Below, piece after piece: positions 37,062 to 46,774 of a stretch of DNA of 64,000 bases. The notes under the pieces were generated by a model. That model was not told the origin of the DNA, searched no databases, and was given only the letters and a program-made list of their open reading frames with translations. Position numbers and translations under genes: made by a program. The stretch is from an uncultured Clostridia bacterium (GTDB lineage Bacteria > Bacillota > Clostridia > UBA1381): contig CAKSJF010000002.1 of the NCBI GenBank assembly GCA_934462945.1, positions 3,743 to 67,742 on the forward strand, in the 5' to 3' direction. How positions within the stretch are numbered: position 1 is the stretch's first letter; each line of letters starts with the position of its first letter.

Positions 37062-37097
37062 AGAAACATATGAACGCAGAAAGGAAGAAGGACGGAT

Positions 37098-39116
37098 ATG
37101 GCGAAGAAAAAAGAGTCTTACGATAACGACAGCTTGGTTCTTTTAAAGGATGAGGAACGCGTGCGGAAACGCCCTGCCGTTATTTTTGGGTCGGACGGAC
37201 TGGAGGGTTGCTGCCACTCCTTTTTTGAAATTCTGTCGAACTCGATTGATGAAGCAAGAGAGGGGTTCGGAAATGTCATTGAAGTAACGCGGTTTCTGGA
37301 TCATTCCTTAGAGGTTTTGGATCACGGACGCGGCATTCCATTAGACTTTAACCAAAAGGAAGGACGCTATAACTGGGAATTGGTTTACTGCGAGCTTTAT
37401 GCCGGCGGAAAGTATGAAAATAATGACGGCGGTATGTACGAATACAGTCTCGGATTAAACGGACTGGGCGCATGTGCCACGCAGTATAGCTCGGAATATA
37501 TGGATGTGGAGGTTATCCGCGACGGAACAAAATTCAACCTCCATTTTGAAAAGGGAAAAAATATCGGCGGCTTAAAAAAAGAGTCGACCAAAATCAAACA
37601 GACCGGATCGCGCGTGAAATGGCGGCCGGACACGGAAGTTTTTACCGATATTAAAATACCGCTGGAATTTTTGCAGGACACTTTGAAAAAACAGGCAATG
37701 ACCAATGCCGGACTGCGCTTTGTATTATATAACGAAACCGAAACCGGCATGGAAATGTTTGAATATTACTATGCGGACGGTATTGTGGACTATTTAAAAG
37801 ACGCTGTGGGAGATCAGGGTTTTACCACGGTGGAGGTCTGGAATGCGGAGCGCAAAGGGCGCGACCGTGAGGACAAGCCGGTCTATAAGGTGAAGATGCA
37901 GATCGCATTCTGCTTTTCCCAGACGGTGAATCTTTTGGAATACTATCATAATTCCAGCTGGCTGGAACATGGCGGATCACCGGATAAGGCGGTCAAAAAT
38001 GCGTTCGTCTATGCCATTGACCATTATTTAAAGCAAAATTCCAAATATAATAAAAATGAGAGCAAAATCACCTTTGCAGACGTTGCCGATTGTCTGGCGC
38101 TTGTGATCAATTCTTTTTCCACGCAGACAAGCTATGAAAATCAGACGAAAAAGGCAATTAACAATAAATTTATTCAAGAGGCAATGACGGAATTTCTGCG
38201 GCATCAGTTAGAGGTTTATTTTATTGAAAATAAAGCGGACGCAGAGAAAATTTCCAATCAGGTGCTGGTGAATAAGCGTTCGAGAGAAAATGCGGAGAAG
38301 GTACGGATTGACGTTAAGAAAAAGCTGACCGGGACAATGGATGTCACAAACCGTGTGGAAAAGTTTGTGGATTGCCGCAGCAAGGATAAATCCATCCGCG
38401 AGGTGTATATTGTGGAGGGTGATTCTGCGCTCGGTTCCTGTAAGCTGGCACGCGACCCGAATTTTCAGGCAATTATGCCGATCCGCGGAAAAATTTTAAA
38501 CTGTTTAAAGGCAGACTATGCAAAGATTTTTAAAAGTGATATTATTTTAGATTTAGTCCGTGTGTTAGGCTGTGGTATTGAAATTAAGTCCAAGCATAAT
38601 AAGGGTGTGGAAACATTTAATCTGGATAATCTCCGTTGGGATAAGGTTATTATCTGCACAGATGCAGATGTGGACGGTTTCCAGATCCGGACGCTGGTGC
38701 TGACGATGATCTATCGGCTGATGCCGACTTTGATTGAGGAGGGAAAGGTTTATATTGCCGAGTCTCCGCTTTATGAAATCAGCATTCTCAAGGGAAAGCG
38801 AAAGGGCGAAAAGCTCTTTGCCTACACCGATGCGGAAAAGGACCGGAAGGTTTCGGAATTAGTAGAATCCGGGCTTTCCAAGGATAAGGACGAATATGAA
38901 ATTAAGCGCAGCAAGGGTCTCGGAGAGAATCAGCCGGAAATGATGAGTTTAACGACCATGCACCCGGCAACGCGCCGCTTGATCCGCGTTACACCAGAGA
39001 GTATGGAGCGAACCGCGGCAATGTTTGATGTGCTTTTGGGAGATAATGTACAGAGCCGAAAGGACTATATTGCACAAAACGGCGGCTTGTATATGGAAAT
39101 GTTAGATTTAAGCTAA
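37098..39116 (+). CDS. parE: Type IIA DNA topoisomerase subunit B (ParE/GyrB-like, divergent)
   Basis: 672 aa. GHKL ATPase N-terminus, Toprim (IVEGDSALGS, CTDADVDGFQI) and KGLGEN tail motif. The usual RKRPGMYIGS is replaced by RKRPAVIFGS. Confidence 0.8.
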   Translation: MAKKKESYDNDSLVLLKDEERVRKRPAVIFGSDGLEGCCHSFFEILSNSIDEAREGFGNVIEVTRFLDHSLEVLDHGRGIPLDFNQKEGRYNWELVYCELYAGGKYENNDGGMYEYSLGLNGLGACATQYSSEYMDVEVIRDGTKFNLHFEKGKNIGGLKKESTKIKQTGSRVKWRPDTEVFTDIKIPLEFLQDTLKKQAMTNAGLRFVLYNETETGMEMFEYYYADGIVDYLKDAVGDQGFTTVEVWNAERKGRDREDKPVYKVKMQIAFCFSQTVNLLEYYHNSSWLEHGGSPDKAVKNAFVYAIDHYLKQNSKYNKNESKITFADVADCLALVINSFSTQTSYENQTKKAINNKFIQEAMTEFLRHQLEVYFIENKADAEKISNQVLVNKRSRENAEKVRIDVKKKLTGTMDVTNRVEKFVDCRSKDKSIREVYIVEGDSALGSCKLARDPNFQAIMPIRGKILNCLKADYAKIFKSDIILDLVRVLGCGIEIKSKHNKGVETFNLDNLRWDKVIICTDADVDGFQIRTLVLTMIYRLMPTLIEEGKVYIAESPLYEISILKGKRKGEKLFAYTDAEKDRKVSELVESGLSKDKDEYEIKRSKGLGENQPEMMSLTTMHPATRRLIRVTPESMERTAAMFDVLLGDNVQSRKDYIAQNGGLYMEMLDLS

Positions 39117-39131
39117 AGGGAGGGGATACGA

Positions 39132-41363
39132 ATGGCAAGAAAGAAAAATCAGCAGCCGGAGGAGATTGTCTACGCGCCGATTGCGGAGCAGCCGATCTGC
39201 GAAACGCTGGAAAAAAACTATATGCCCTATGCGATGAGCGTAATCGTTTCCCGTGCAATTCCGGAAATTGACGGCTTAAAGCCTGCGCACCGCAAGCTAC
39301 TGTACACGATGTACAAAATGGGACTTTTGGGAGGCAAGCTTACAAAATCGGCAAATGTTGTCGGTCAGACAATGAAATTAAATCCGCATGGCGACAGTGC
39401 GATCTATGAAACCATGGTACGTCTGACCACCGGAAATGAAGCGCTCCTGCATCCTTTGGTGGAATCGCAGGGAAACTTCGGAAAGCAGTATTCCCGGGAT
39501 ATGGCATATGCCGCGTCCCGGTACACCGAGGTGCGGCTCGATCCGATCTGTCAGGAGTTTTTCGGGGATATCAATAAAAATACCGTCAAATTTGTAGATA
39601 ACTATGATGGAGAAATGCAGGAGCCTGTGCTTTTGCCGGTGGCATTTCCGAATATCTTAGTCAATCCGAATCAGGGTATTGCGGTTGGTATGGCAAGCAA
39701 TATTTGTTCCTTTAACCTCCGGGAGGTTTGCGAGGCAACAATTTTGTACATGAAAGATCCTGATGCAGATCTGCTTTCTGTCATGCCTGCGCCGGACTTT
39801 CCGCTGGGCGGCTATCTGATTTATGACGAGGCGCAAATGCGCGAGATTTACCGAACCGGACGCGGCAGCTTTAAGCTGCGCTCCAAATACCGGTATGATG
39901 AAAAAAACCACTGTATTGAGATTACAGAAATCCCATACACCACAACGTCCGAGGCGATTATCGGAAAGATAATGGAGCTGATCAAAGCAAATAAGCTCAA
40001 GGAAATTTCAGATGCACGGGATGAAACAGGTCTGGACGGCTTCCGGATCACGCTGGATGTTAAGCGCGGAACAGATCCGGACGCGCTCATGCTCAAGCTT
40101 TTTAAGCTGACCAGCTTAGAGGACAGCTTTAGCTGCAACTTTAATATTCTGATTGATAATGCGCCCATGGTGATGGGCGTGGGTCAGATTTTGGGAGAAT
40201 GGGTCAAATTCCGGAGTACCTGTCTGAAAAACGGTATCAAATTTGATATTGACCGGAAAACAGAGCGGCTGCACCTCTTAACCGGACTCAAAAAAATTCT
40301 TTTGGATATTGACAAGGCAATCAGTATCATCCGCCACACCGAGCGCGAGGAGGATGTTGTGCCAAACCTCATGCACGGTTTTGAAATTGATAAAATTCAG
40401 GCAGAATATGTGGCAGAAATCAAGCTGCGGAATTTAAACAGGGAATATATCCTGAACCGGACAAACGATATTGAAAAGCTTCTGGAGGAAATTGAGGAGC
40501 TGCAAAGAATTTTAGACAGCGACCGGGAACTAAAAAAACTGATTGTCAAGCAGCTGACCGCTATTTCCAAAAAGTATGGAAAGGAGCGGAAAACCGAACT
40601 GCTGACCAATGATGATGCAGAAGAATATCACGAAAATAACGATATTGAAGACTATCCGCTGACCGTCTTTGTGACGGCAGAGGGGTATTTAAAGAAAGTT
40701 TCTGCACTCTCGCTCCGTTCCACCACCACCGAACATAAGCTTAAAGAGGGGGATCGGATTGTGCAGACGATTGAAACCACGAATGTGAGCGATCTTTTGT
40801 TCTTCTCCGACCGGAGTGTGGTTTACAAGATGAAAACCTACGATATGCCGGATTCCAAGGTCAGCGCCATGGGCGAATATTTGCCGGGCATTCTGGGGCT
40901 GGAGGATGGAGAGCGAATTTTGTATACCGTGGTTACAACCGACTATGCCGGAATGATGCTTTTCTCCTTTGCAAACGGAAAGATTGCCAAGGTCGGCTTA
41001 GACTGCTATGCTACCAAGACAAACCGGAAAAAGCTGATCGGCGCATATTCGGATAAATCTCCTGTCTGTGACATCCGCCTGCTTTTACAGGAGGAGGAAT
41101 TAGTTGTTTTTGCGGATAATAACAAAGCGCTTGTCTTTACAACCGATAAGATTCCGCAGAAAACAACAAAGTCCACCCAGGGAATTCAGGTGCTTAAGCT
41201 GACCCGAAAGGGTGCGAAGATGATCCGGGTACTTCCGGCGGCAGAATCCGGCATTTCGGATCTTAAACACTACAGCACAAAAAATCTCCCGGCGGCAGGC
41301 AGCTTTCTGCGAAAGGAAGACGCATTAGAAAAACAGGTTTCCCTCTTTGAGGAAACGCTTTGA
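39132..41363 (+). CDS. parC: Type IIA DNA topoisomerase subunit A (ParC-like, divergent)
   Basis: 743 aa. AIPEIDGLKPAHRKLLY, HPHGD-type NPHGDSAIYE, and the catalytic Tyr context AASRYTEVRL. I saw no GyrA-box in the short C-terminal domain. Confidence 0.8.
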   Translation: MARKKNQQPEEIVYAPIAEQPICETLEKNYMPYAMSVIVSRAIPEIDGLKPAHRKLLYTMYKMGLLGGKLTKSANVVGQTMKLNPHGDSAIYETMVRLTTGNEALLHPLVESQGNFGKQYSRDMAYAASRYTEVRLDPICQEFFGDINKNTVKFVDNYDGEMQEPVLLPVAFPNILVNPNQGIAVGMASNICSFNLREVCEATILYMKDPDADLLSVMPAPDFPLGGYLIYDEAQMREIYRTGRGSFKLRSKYRYDEKNHCIEITEIPYTTTSEAIIGKIMELIKANKLKEISDARDETGLDGFRITLDVKRGTDPDALMLKLFKLTSLEDSFSCNFNILIDNAPMVMGVGQILGEWVKFRSTCLKNGIKFDIDRKTERLHLLTGLKKILLDIDKAISIIRHTEREEDVVPNLMHGFEIDKIQAEYVAEIKLRNLNREYILNRTNDIEKLLEEIEELQRILDSDRELKKLIVKQLTAISKKYGKERKTELLTNDDAEEYHENNDIEDYPLTVFVTAEGYLKKVSALSLRSTTTEHKLKEGDRIVQTIETTNVSDLLFFSDRSVVYKMKTYDMPDSKVSAMGEYLPGILGLEDGERILYTVVTTDYAGMMLFSFANGKIAKVGLDCYATKTNRKKLIGAYSDKSPVCDIRLLLQEEELVVFADNNKALVFTTDKIPQKTTKSTQGIQVLKLTRKGAKMIRVLPAAESGISDLKHYSTKNLPAAGSFLRKEDALEKQVSLFEETL

Positions 41364-41375
41364 AAGGAATAAGAT

Positions 41376-42113
41376 ATGGATAAGGTTAATATTTTAGGGG
41401 TCAATGTGGATACGGTCACCATTCCGGAGGCGGTAGACGCAATCATGGAAATGATGAAAGAGAATCGTCCGCATGCAATTTATACCCCAAATTCTGAAAT
41501 TATCATGACGGCATATCATGATGAAAAATTTCGCGACATTTTAAATCATGCAGATCTTTTGACGGCAGATGGAATTGGCGTGGTGTATGCGTCCCGGATT
41601 TTAAAAAGACCGATTCGGGAGCGTGCGGCAGGCTATGATATTGCCTGCGGAGTCATCGACCGGATTGCAGAAAGCGGAGAGAGTCTGTTCCTGTTTGGCG
41701 GAAAGCCGGGGGTTGCAGAAATTGCAGAGAAAAACCTTTTGGCAAAATATCCAAAGCTAAAGATTGCCGGAACAAGAAACGGCTATTTTAAGCCGGAGGA
41801 CGAGAAAGAAATTGTCTCTGAAATCAACAAAAGCGGCGCGGACGTGGTGTTTGTCTGCCTGGGCGCACCCAAGCAGGAGCAATGGATCGCCCGGCATTTG
41901 GATCACCTGAAGGTAAAGGTTTTAATGGGTGTGGGCGGCAGTCTGGATGTCATCGCCGGAACAGCAGAGCGCGCCCCGGATTTTTGGTGCAATCATGGCT
42001 TGGAGTGGTTTTATCGTTTGATGAAGCAGCCGTCCCGAATCGGCAGGATGATGGCGCTTCCTAAATTTGCGCTTACTGTACTGATTCATGGAAAAAAGTA
42101 TAGCGGAGAATAA
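41376..42113 (+). CDS. tagA: WecB/TagA/CpsF-family glycosyltransferase (UDP-ManNAc transferase type)
   Basis: 245 aa. ADLLTADGIGVV, VCLGAPKQE, GVGGSLD and the GLEW.YRL ending are typical of TagA. Confidence 0.85.
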   Translation: MDKVNILGVNVDTVTIPEAVDAIMEMMKENRPHAIYTPNSEIIMTAYHDEKFRDILNHADLLTADGIGVVYASRILKRPIRERAAGYDIACGVIDRIAESGESLFLFGGKPGVAEIAEKNLLAKYPKLKIAGTRNGYFKPEDEKEIVSEINKSGADVVFVCLGAPKQEQWIARHLDHLKVKVLMGVGGSLDVIAGTAERAPDFWCNHGLEWFYRLMKQPSRIGRMMALPKFALTVLIHGKKYSGE

Positions 42114-42157
42114 AAAAGAACAGCATCTGCGAAAAAAACAGATGCTGTTCTTTTTTT
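42112..42157. terminator. Bidirectional terminator
   Basis: AAAAAAGAACAGCATCTG ... CAGATGCTGTTCTTTTTTT between convergent genes. Confidence 0.8.
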
Positions 42158-42158
42158 C

Positions 42159-43586
42159 TTATCGGAACATGATAGAATACAAATCTGCATCCCGCATACG
42201 AACCTCAAGGGTGACCGGCTTTCCGGATAGCTTTTTCACTACGTCCTCCTCAAACGCTACTCTGCGGTCGGTTTTGTCTCCAAAGGTTTCGCAGCTTTCA
42301 TACCGGATTCCGTTTTCATCTGTTAATGTGAAATATAAATATCCCAATGCTGAGGTTTCAAAGTTAATATACAAATCCTCGCCGTCAAATACAAAAGGTT
42401 TTGTAACAAGCATTTTTTCCTTTGCGCCGCTGTGCATTGAGACAAAGCCGCCATACCGGATGGTATACCGGATCAGCTGTGCAGGCTTGTCCCACCATTG
42501 CCCTTCCGGGCAGAACATGGATAATTCATCATCCGCACCCTCAATGTCGGAGGGCGTTTTTACAAATCCTCTTGCCGGGTAGCAGTCGCCGTAGACCCAG
42601 TTGATTTCATGCTCTGCGCCGGGACGGAGAAATGCTTCGTCATATCGCTTAAAATGAAAACCATCCCGTGAGGTGATAAAAGCGCAGTCGGTCACCACCA
42701 TACCAAAACGCGGTTCCGTTTTCATGCGTTCCAGCCGCTTTTCTCTGCCGCAAAGCTCATCATAATTTCCTGTCCAGTCGCGGCGATAGCGGTATCTTGT
42801 CGGAAATCCGATTAAAATATGCTCTGCACCCGGACAAGGCTGCACCACATTTGTATAAAGCGCGATATCCTCGTGATTTCCGAAATCAAGCATTTTCGGA
42901 GCTGTCCAGTGGATGAAATCAGGAGATTCCATATAGCGAATATCCCGGATGTTGTCCTCTGAACTTTCTGAAACACCGGCATTTCCAACCTCATGAAATC
43001 CTCTGCAATAGCACCGATAGCAAGCTGCGTGCTGATCCCAAAACGCAACGTTCAAGGAATCAAAAAGACCAACGTCTGTTAATAGCTCGCCATAGGAAAA
43101 ATGAATCCCGTCTGCGCTATACATGCTGTGCAAGCCCAGTTTCCCGTCCTTTTCCACCCTTGTAACCGCCTTGTATTTTTTGTCTGGTGTACAGTTTGGG
43201 TTTTCATCCTTGAAAACCATAAAATTATCAATCTGTGTGTGAAAAAGCATAGGGCTGTCAACAATGATATTGTTTTTTGCTGAGCCGTTATATTCGCAGA
43301 TTCCAAGCTCCGGCTTTTCCCAGCGGAGACCGTCTACACTCTGGGCATAACATACTACCACCTTTTCCGGTGCAGAGGAACTTAAGCCTAAATAGTACAT
43401 TCTGTAAATTCCATCGTCATAAAAGAAGTTGTGATAATCGCAGGAATCTCCCTCCCAGGGTGCATCATGGAGCAAAACCGACTCTTTCCTGATCGGATGG
43501 TGCAGAAGAAATTCTGCAGTGGTCCGTTCCTGGTTAATCAGTGTATCGTCAAAAAAGCATTCCCGTTTGTTTGAAATATTTAGCAT
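42159..43586 (-). CDS. Cytoplasmic glycoside-hydrolase-like protein (beta-propeller plus C-terminal beta-sandwich, GH32/43-clan-like), family unassigned
   Basis: 475 aa with no signal peptide. The N-terminal pattern FFDD.LI...........LLHDAPWEGDS...H.FFYDDGIYRMYY and the C-terminal ...LEVRMRDADLYSIMF resemble uncharacterised propeller glycosidases. This assignment rests on memory of the pattern only. Confidence 0.5.
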   Translation of the reverse strand: MLNISNKRECFFDDTLINQERTTAEFLLHHPIRKESVLLHDAPWEGDSCDYHNFFYDDGIYRMYYLGLSSSAPEKVVVCYAQSVDGLRWEKPELGICEYNGSAKNNIIVDSPMLFHTQIDNFMVFKDENPNCTPDKKYKAVTRVEKDGKLGLHSMYSADGIHFSYGELLTDVGLFDSLNVAFWDQHAACYRCYCRGFHEVGNAGVSESSEDNIRDIRYMESPDFIHWTAPKMLDFGNHEDIALYTNVVQPCPGAEHILIGFPTRYRYRRDWTGNYDELCGREKRLERMKTEPRFGMVVTDCAFITSRDGFHFKRYDEAFLRPGAEHEINWVYGDCYPARGFVKTPSDIEGADDELSMFCPEGQWWDKPAQLIRYTIRYGGFVSMHSGAKEKMLVTKPFVFDGEDLYINFETSALGYLYFTLTDENGIRYESCETFGDKTDRRVAFEEDVVKKLSGKPVTLEVRMRDADLYSIMFR

Positions 43587-43786
43587 AATGATTCTTCCTT
43601 TCTTTGTACTTTATATAATACAGATACCTGCCGGCAGGCAAACACCTGACAGATCAGTGAGTATACTGAAAAAACCAAATAAGTAATTTGCTCCGGCGTA
43701 TCCTTTAGCATGCACAGATACAGAAGGATAGAAAATGTTCCTCCGGCAAGCATGAGTACGGTATATTCGCAGTAGGAAAGCAGCAA
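43580..43786 (-). pseudogene. Remnant of a PnuC-like transporter gene (C-terminal ~64 codons only)
   Basis: LLSYCEYTVLMLAGGTFSILLYLCMLKDTPEQITYLVFSVYSLICQVFACRQVSVLYKVQRKEE aligns without gaps to the last 64 residues of the neighbouring PnuC-like protein (MLSYVEWTYMQNLGCIINVILYASMLKEEPQMATYLVSMVYSLLCANLTLVNVRKVYKEQKAEN). It has no ATG start, and its stop overlaps the next gene's ATG. Confidence 0.6.
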
Positions 43787-43857
43787 AACTTGTATTCATT
43801 GTTTTCTGTTTTTGTTATAATTCCCATTATCTCACCTCATCTGAATAATCTTTCGCC

Positions 43858-44529
43858 CTATCGGGAAATGTTTTCTGCCTTTTGCTCTTTGTATACTTTT
43901 CTTACATTTACAAGTGTAAGGTTTGCGCACAGCAGCGAATATACCATTGATACCAGGTATGTCGCCATCTGCGGCTCCTCCTTTAACATGCTTGCATATA
44001 GAATTACATTAATAATGCATCCCAAATTTTGCATATATGTCCACTCAACATAAGACAGCATTGTTAAAACGGTTGTCACGATACCCAGCAGCATAACAGA
44101 ATTATCGAGCAGCGTATGACTTGAGCCAAGCTTTCTGAAGATGATATAGCATACAAACCACATAAGTGCAAAAGCTCCGGAAAAAATTAAAAATTTTTTT
44201 AGCCCCATCGACTTAAAAATGGTCGATGTTTTTTTGTATGAATGCTTTCCCCAACTCACAAAGGTTACAATCTGCATAACAAACGATACCGTTATCGCGT
44301 AAAGCGCACTGCCATAAAGTTTATAGAAAAAATATACGACAGCATAAAGCACAGAATTCAGACCGCCGAGTAAAAACGCATAGCGATTTACTCTGATTTG
44401 CAAAATCATAACGATCAACGAAACGTAAAGCGGCAATATTTGCAAAAAGTCCTGTGAGTACTTAATACCGAAAAATGTTATTAATACAAAGCTGACTGCC
44501 ATTAATAAATAAGAATATATATTTTTCAT
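43858..44529 (-). CDS. PnuC-like (nicotinamide-riboside-transporter family) membrane protein
   Basis: Start set at the ATG at 44529 (MKNIYSYLLMAV...), 223 aa. The track's 278-aa version overlaps the upstream gene. About seven hydrophobic helices. The pattern VNRYAFLLGGLNSVLYAVVYFFYKLYGSALY....VSWGK resembles the PnuC core. Confidence 0.55.
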   Translation of the reverse strand: MKNIYSYLLMAVSFVLITFFGIKYSQDFLQILPLYVSLIVMILQIRVNRYAFLLGGLNSVLYAVVYFFYKLYGSALYAITVSFVMQIVTFVSWGKHSYKKTSTIFKSMGLKKFLIFSGAFALMWFVCYIIFRKLGSSHTLLDNSVMLLGIVTTVLTMLSYVEWTYMQNLGCIINVILYASMLKEEPQMATYLVSMVYSLLCANLTLVNVRKVYKEQKAENISR

Positions 44530-44530
44530 T

Positions 44531-45577
44531 TCAAACCAATCTTTCCATATACTTTTCCAATTCCAAAGCCATGCACATAAAGCCGAGATCATTCGGATGA
44601 GTTCCGTCAACAGTTCCGGAATCTCCGCCAAAAACATCAAATGTTTTCTCCCCGTCAACAAAGTAAACATTTTTATCTCCGCCGGCAATTGCAAAGTCGC
44701 ATGTTTCTTTTATAATCCCCTTTCGTTCGTCTATATCTTTGACCCAAGCGTTATAGGGCATTGACATTATAATGATCGGCAACGTCGGATTTTTCTTTCT
44801 GACAATGTCAAAAAATGTATGATGTGTATTCTTTAGAAAATCCAATGTCGGCGCATTAAAATCATAATCAAATACAAAACAGGACATATCAAGCTTCGCT
44901 ATATATTCTGCCATTGCAGGCTCGCCTTTTGCATTTCCGGAAAATCCGAGATTTACAAAATCAAGATTTAATTTTCTCGAAATAATTGCAGGATAACTGT
45001 TTCCGGGTCTTGTAGCACATCCTCCCTGCGTTATAGAAGAACCGTAATAAACAACAGGTCTTTTGTTTTTATACTTTTCCCCGTGTTCGATCAGGGCATT
45101 TTTGTCAAGCCCGATATAAATATCAGAAACACTGCTGTAGAGCGGAAGATTCAGCGTAATATCACGTATTTGCCGAGTATCAAAATAATGAATGCTTTCA
45201 AAAGAATCCTCCATACTTATCGGCGGCAGAAATAGTGTCTGGAACAAATATCCTCCGTCCTCGCGTGTGTACATATCAATTCCCGAAGTACCTGCAAGCG
45301 ACATATGCTCAATTCTGCAAACATCCGAATACTTTACCGAAACAGCAACGAATTTTGAATCCGTTTTAAATCTTATCCGGACTCCAGAGGTATTTGCCGC
45401 AAGCTGCTTCACACCTTCTGAAACTCTTTCCGCATCCTTTAAAGGAAGTCTTAAATACCTTTCGCCGCAAGTCCCGTATACGTCAAAAGGATCTTCAAGA
45501 GCCGAAATAAACCTTAAATCTTTCTCGTTTATTTTCGTATTAATGTCAAGATTTTTATCTATATCTTTTATATTCAT
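44531..45577 (-). CDS. SGNH/GDSL-type esterase with N-terminal GxDLY-type beta-sandwich
   Basis: 348 aa with no signal peptide. N-terminal GTSGIDMY (GxDLY-like). SGNH blocks VVYYGSSITQG, GFSGN and DGTHPNDLGF. Confidence 0.8.
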   Translation of the reverse strand: MNIKDIDKNLDINTKINEKDLRFISALEDPFDVYGTCGERYLRLPLKDAERVSEGVKQLAANTSGVRIRFKTDSKFVAVSVKYSDVCRIEHMSLAGTSGIDMYTREDGGYLFQTLFLPPISMEDSFESIHYFDTRQIRDITLNLPLYSSVSDIYIGLDKNALIEHGEKYKNKRPVVYYGSSITQGGCATRPGNSYPAIISRKLNLDFVNLGFSGNAKGEPAMAEYIAKLDMSCFVFDYDFNAPTLDFLKNTHHTFFDIVRKKNPTLPIIIMSMPYNAWVKDIDERKGIIKETCDFAIAGGDKNVYFVDGEKTFDVFGGDSGTVDGTHPNDLGFMCMALELEKYMERLV

Positions 45578-45637
45578 ATATTGACCTCGTATATTTTCGT
45601 AATATAGTCATAACGGGTGAAGCCATCCTGTAATTTT

Positions 45638-46774
45638 TTAGTCGTCCAGACTCCAGATCACCTGAAAAATTTCTGTATGATTTCTACCATGATCGCAAGC
45701 ATAAAAAATTGTAAGAATATTTCCGTCCGGCAATTCAACAGATGACGGGTATCCCAAATCTCTCGCGTCCTTATTTGGTTCGCAGACGGTCAGCCCTGTT
45801 TCCCATGTTTCGCCGTTATCATGGCTGATCATTGCTCTGATCCCATATGGCTTATTTCTGTGCCCGTATGTTGCAATCAGTGTTCCGTCCGAACGGCGCA
45901 TGATATGAGACGGAGCGCCCTCGCCCGGCTCTAAAATTTGATGTGGTTCTGTAAAGCTTTTTCCGTCATCATATGATTCACACTGATAGATACACATTGC
46001 GGAATCATCCTCATAGCTGCTTTGTACTCTGATGTGTACAATTATCTTTCCGTCCGGCAAAACAATTGTATGAGGCTCGCATGCTTCTGCTACCTTTTCC
46101 TTGTTAAATGTAATTTCGGAAAGATATTCAAATTCCTCATTATCGTTTAAAATATAACATTTAAGATGAAGATAGTTATTTTCTTTCCATGCTGTTTTTG
46201 CAATATGCTTATCCCACACAGTACCCACATATATGACCTTTCCGTTATTTAAAACAGCCGGTCCGTGCGGACAGGAGATTTCACACATATGTCTTTTGCC
46301 GAACGTATATCCTCCGTCGTGACTTATGATATATCCCGATCCAAGGTATTTTTCATCCGGATTCAATGTGTCGGTTATATCCAAATACGCCGAAATATAT
46401 TGGTTTTCAAGCGTTTGCCGCAAGCTGCTGTCCAAATTTTTTATAACCCAATCAACAGCATATCTCTGAAAATCTGTCGAGTCTGTAAATGAGGTGACAA
46501 TCACATTTTTTTCGCCATAAGGAAGTATCCCGGTATCGCGGTCATCCAAGAGCGTGTCAATCAGCACTGCCGGCTGTGACCATGTTTGTCCGTTATCACG
46601 GCTGTAACAAATAACGGATTTTCCGAATGGGCAAACATGCCGCATTCTAAATCCGGAGGCTGTCATGGCAAGAGTTCCGTCCTGAAGCTTTGCAACAGTC
46701 GGCCATGCAAATACATTATGGATACTGTGTCTGTTTGAGCATATTACTCTCGGTTCTTCAATTATCTTAATCAT
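45638..46774 (-). CDS. Cytoplasmic Asp-box (BNR) beta-propeller protein, sialidase-superfamily-like
   Basis: Four Asp-boxes: SRDNGQTW, SHDGGYTF, SYDDGKSF and SHDNGETW. No signal peptide. Start set at the ATG at 46774 (MIKIIEEPR...). Confidence 0.75.
   Translation of the reverse strand: MIKIIEEPRVICSNRHSIHNVFAWPTVAKLQDGTLAMTASGFRMRHVCPFGKSVICYSRDNGQTWSQPAVLIDTLLDDRDTGILPYGEKNVIVTSFTDSTDFQRYAVDWVIKNLDSSLRQTLENQYISAYLDITDTLNPDEKYLGSGYIISHDGGYTFGKRHMCEISCPHGPAVLNNGKVIYVGTVWDKHIAKTAWKENNYLHLKCYILNDNEEFEYLSEITFNKEKVAEACEPHTIVLPDGKIIVHIRVQSSYEDDSAMCIYQCESYDDGKSFTEPHQILEPGEGAPSHIMRRSDGTLIATYGHRNKPYGIRAMISHDNGETWETGLTVCEPNKDARDLGYPSSVELPDGNILTIFYACDHGRNHTEIFQVIWSLDD

Noticed and set aside
43858-44694. 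278-aa version of the PnuC-like ORF
   Set aside because: The first 55 codons lie inside the 3' end of the SGNH esterase gene in another frame and are not hydrophobic. The ATG at 44529 begins the first helix 1 nt after the upstream stop.
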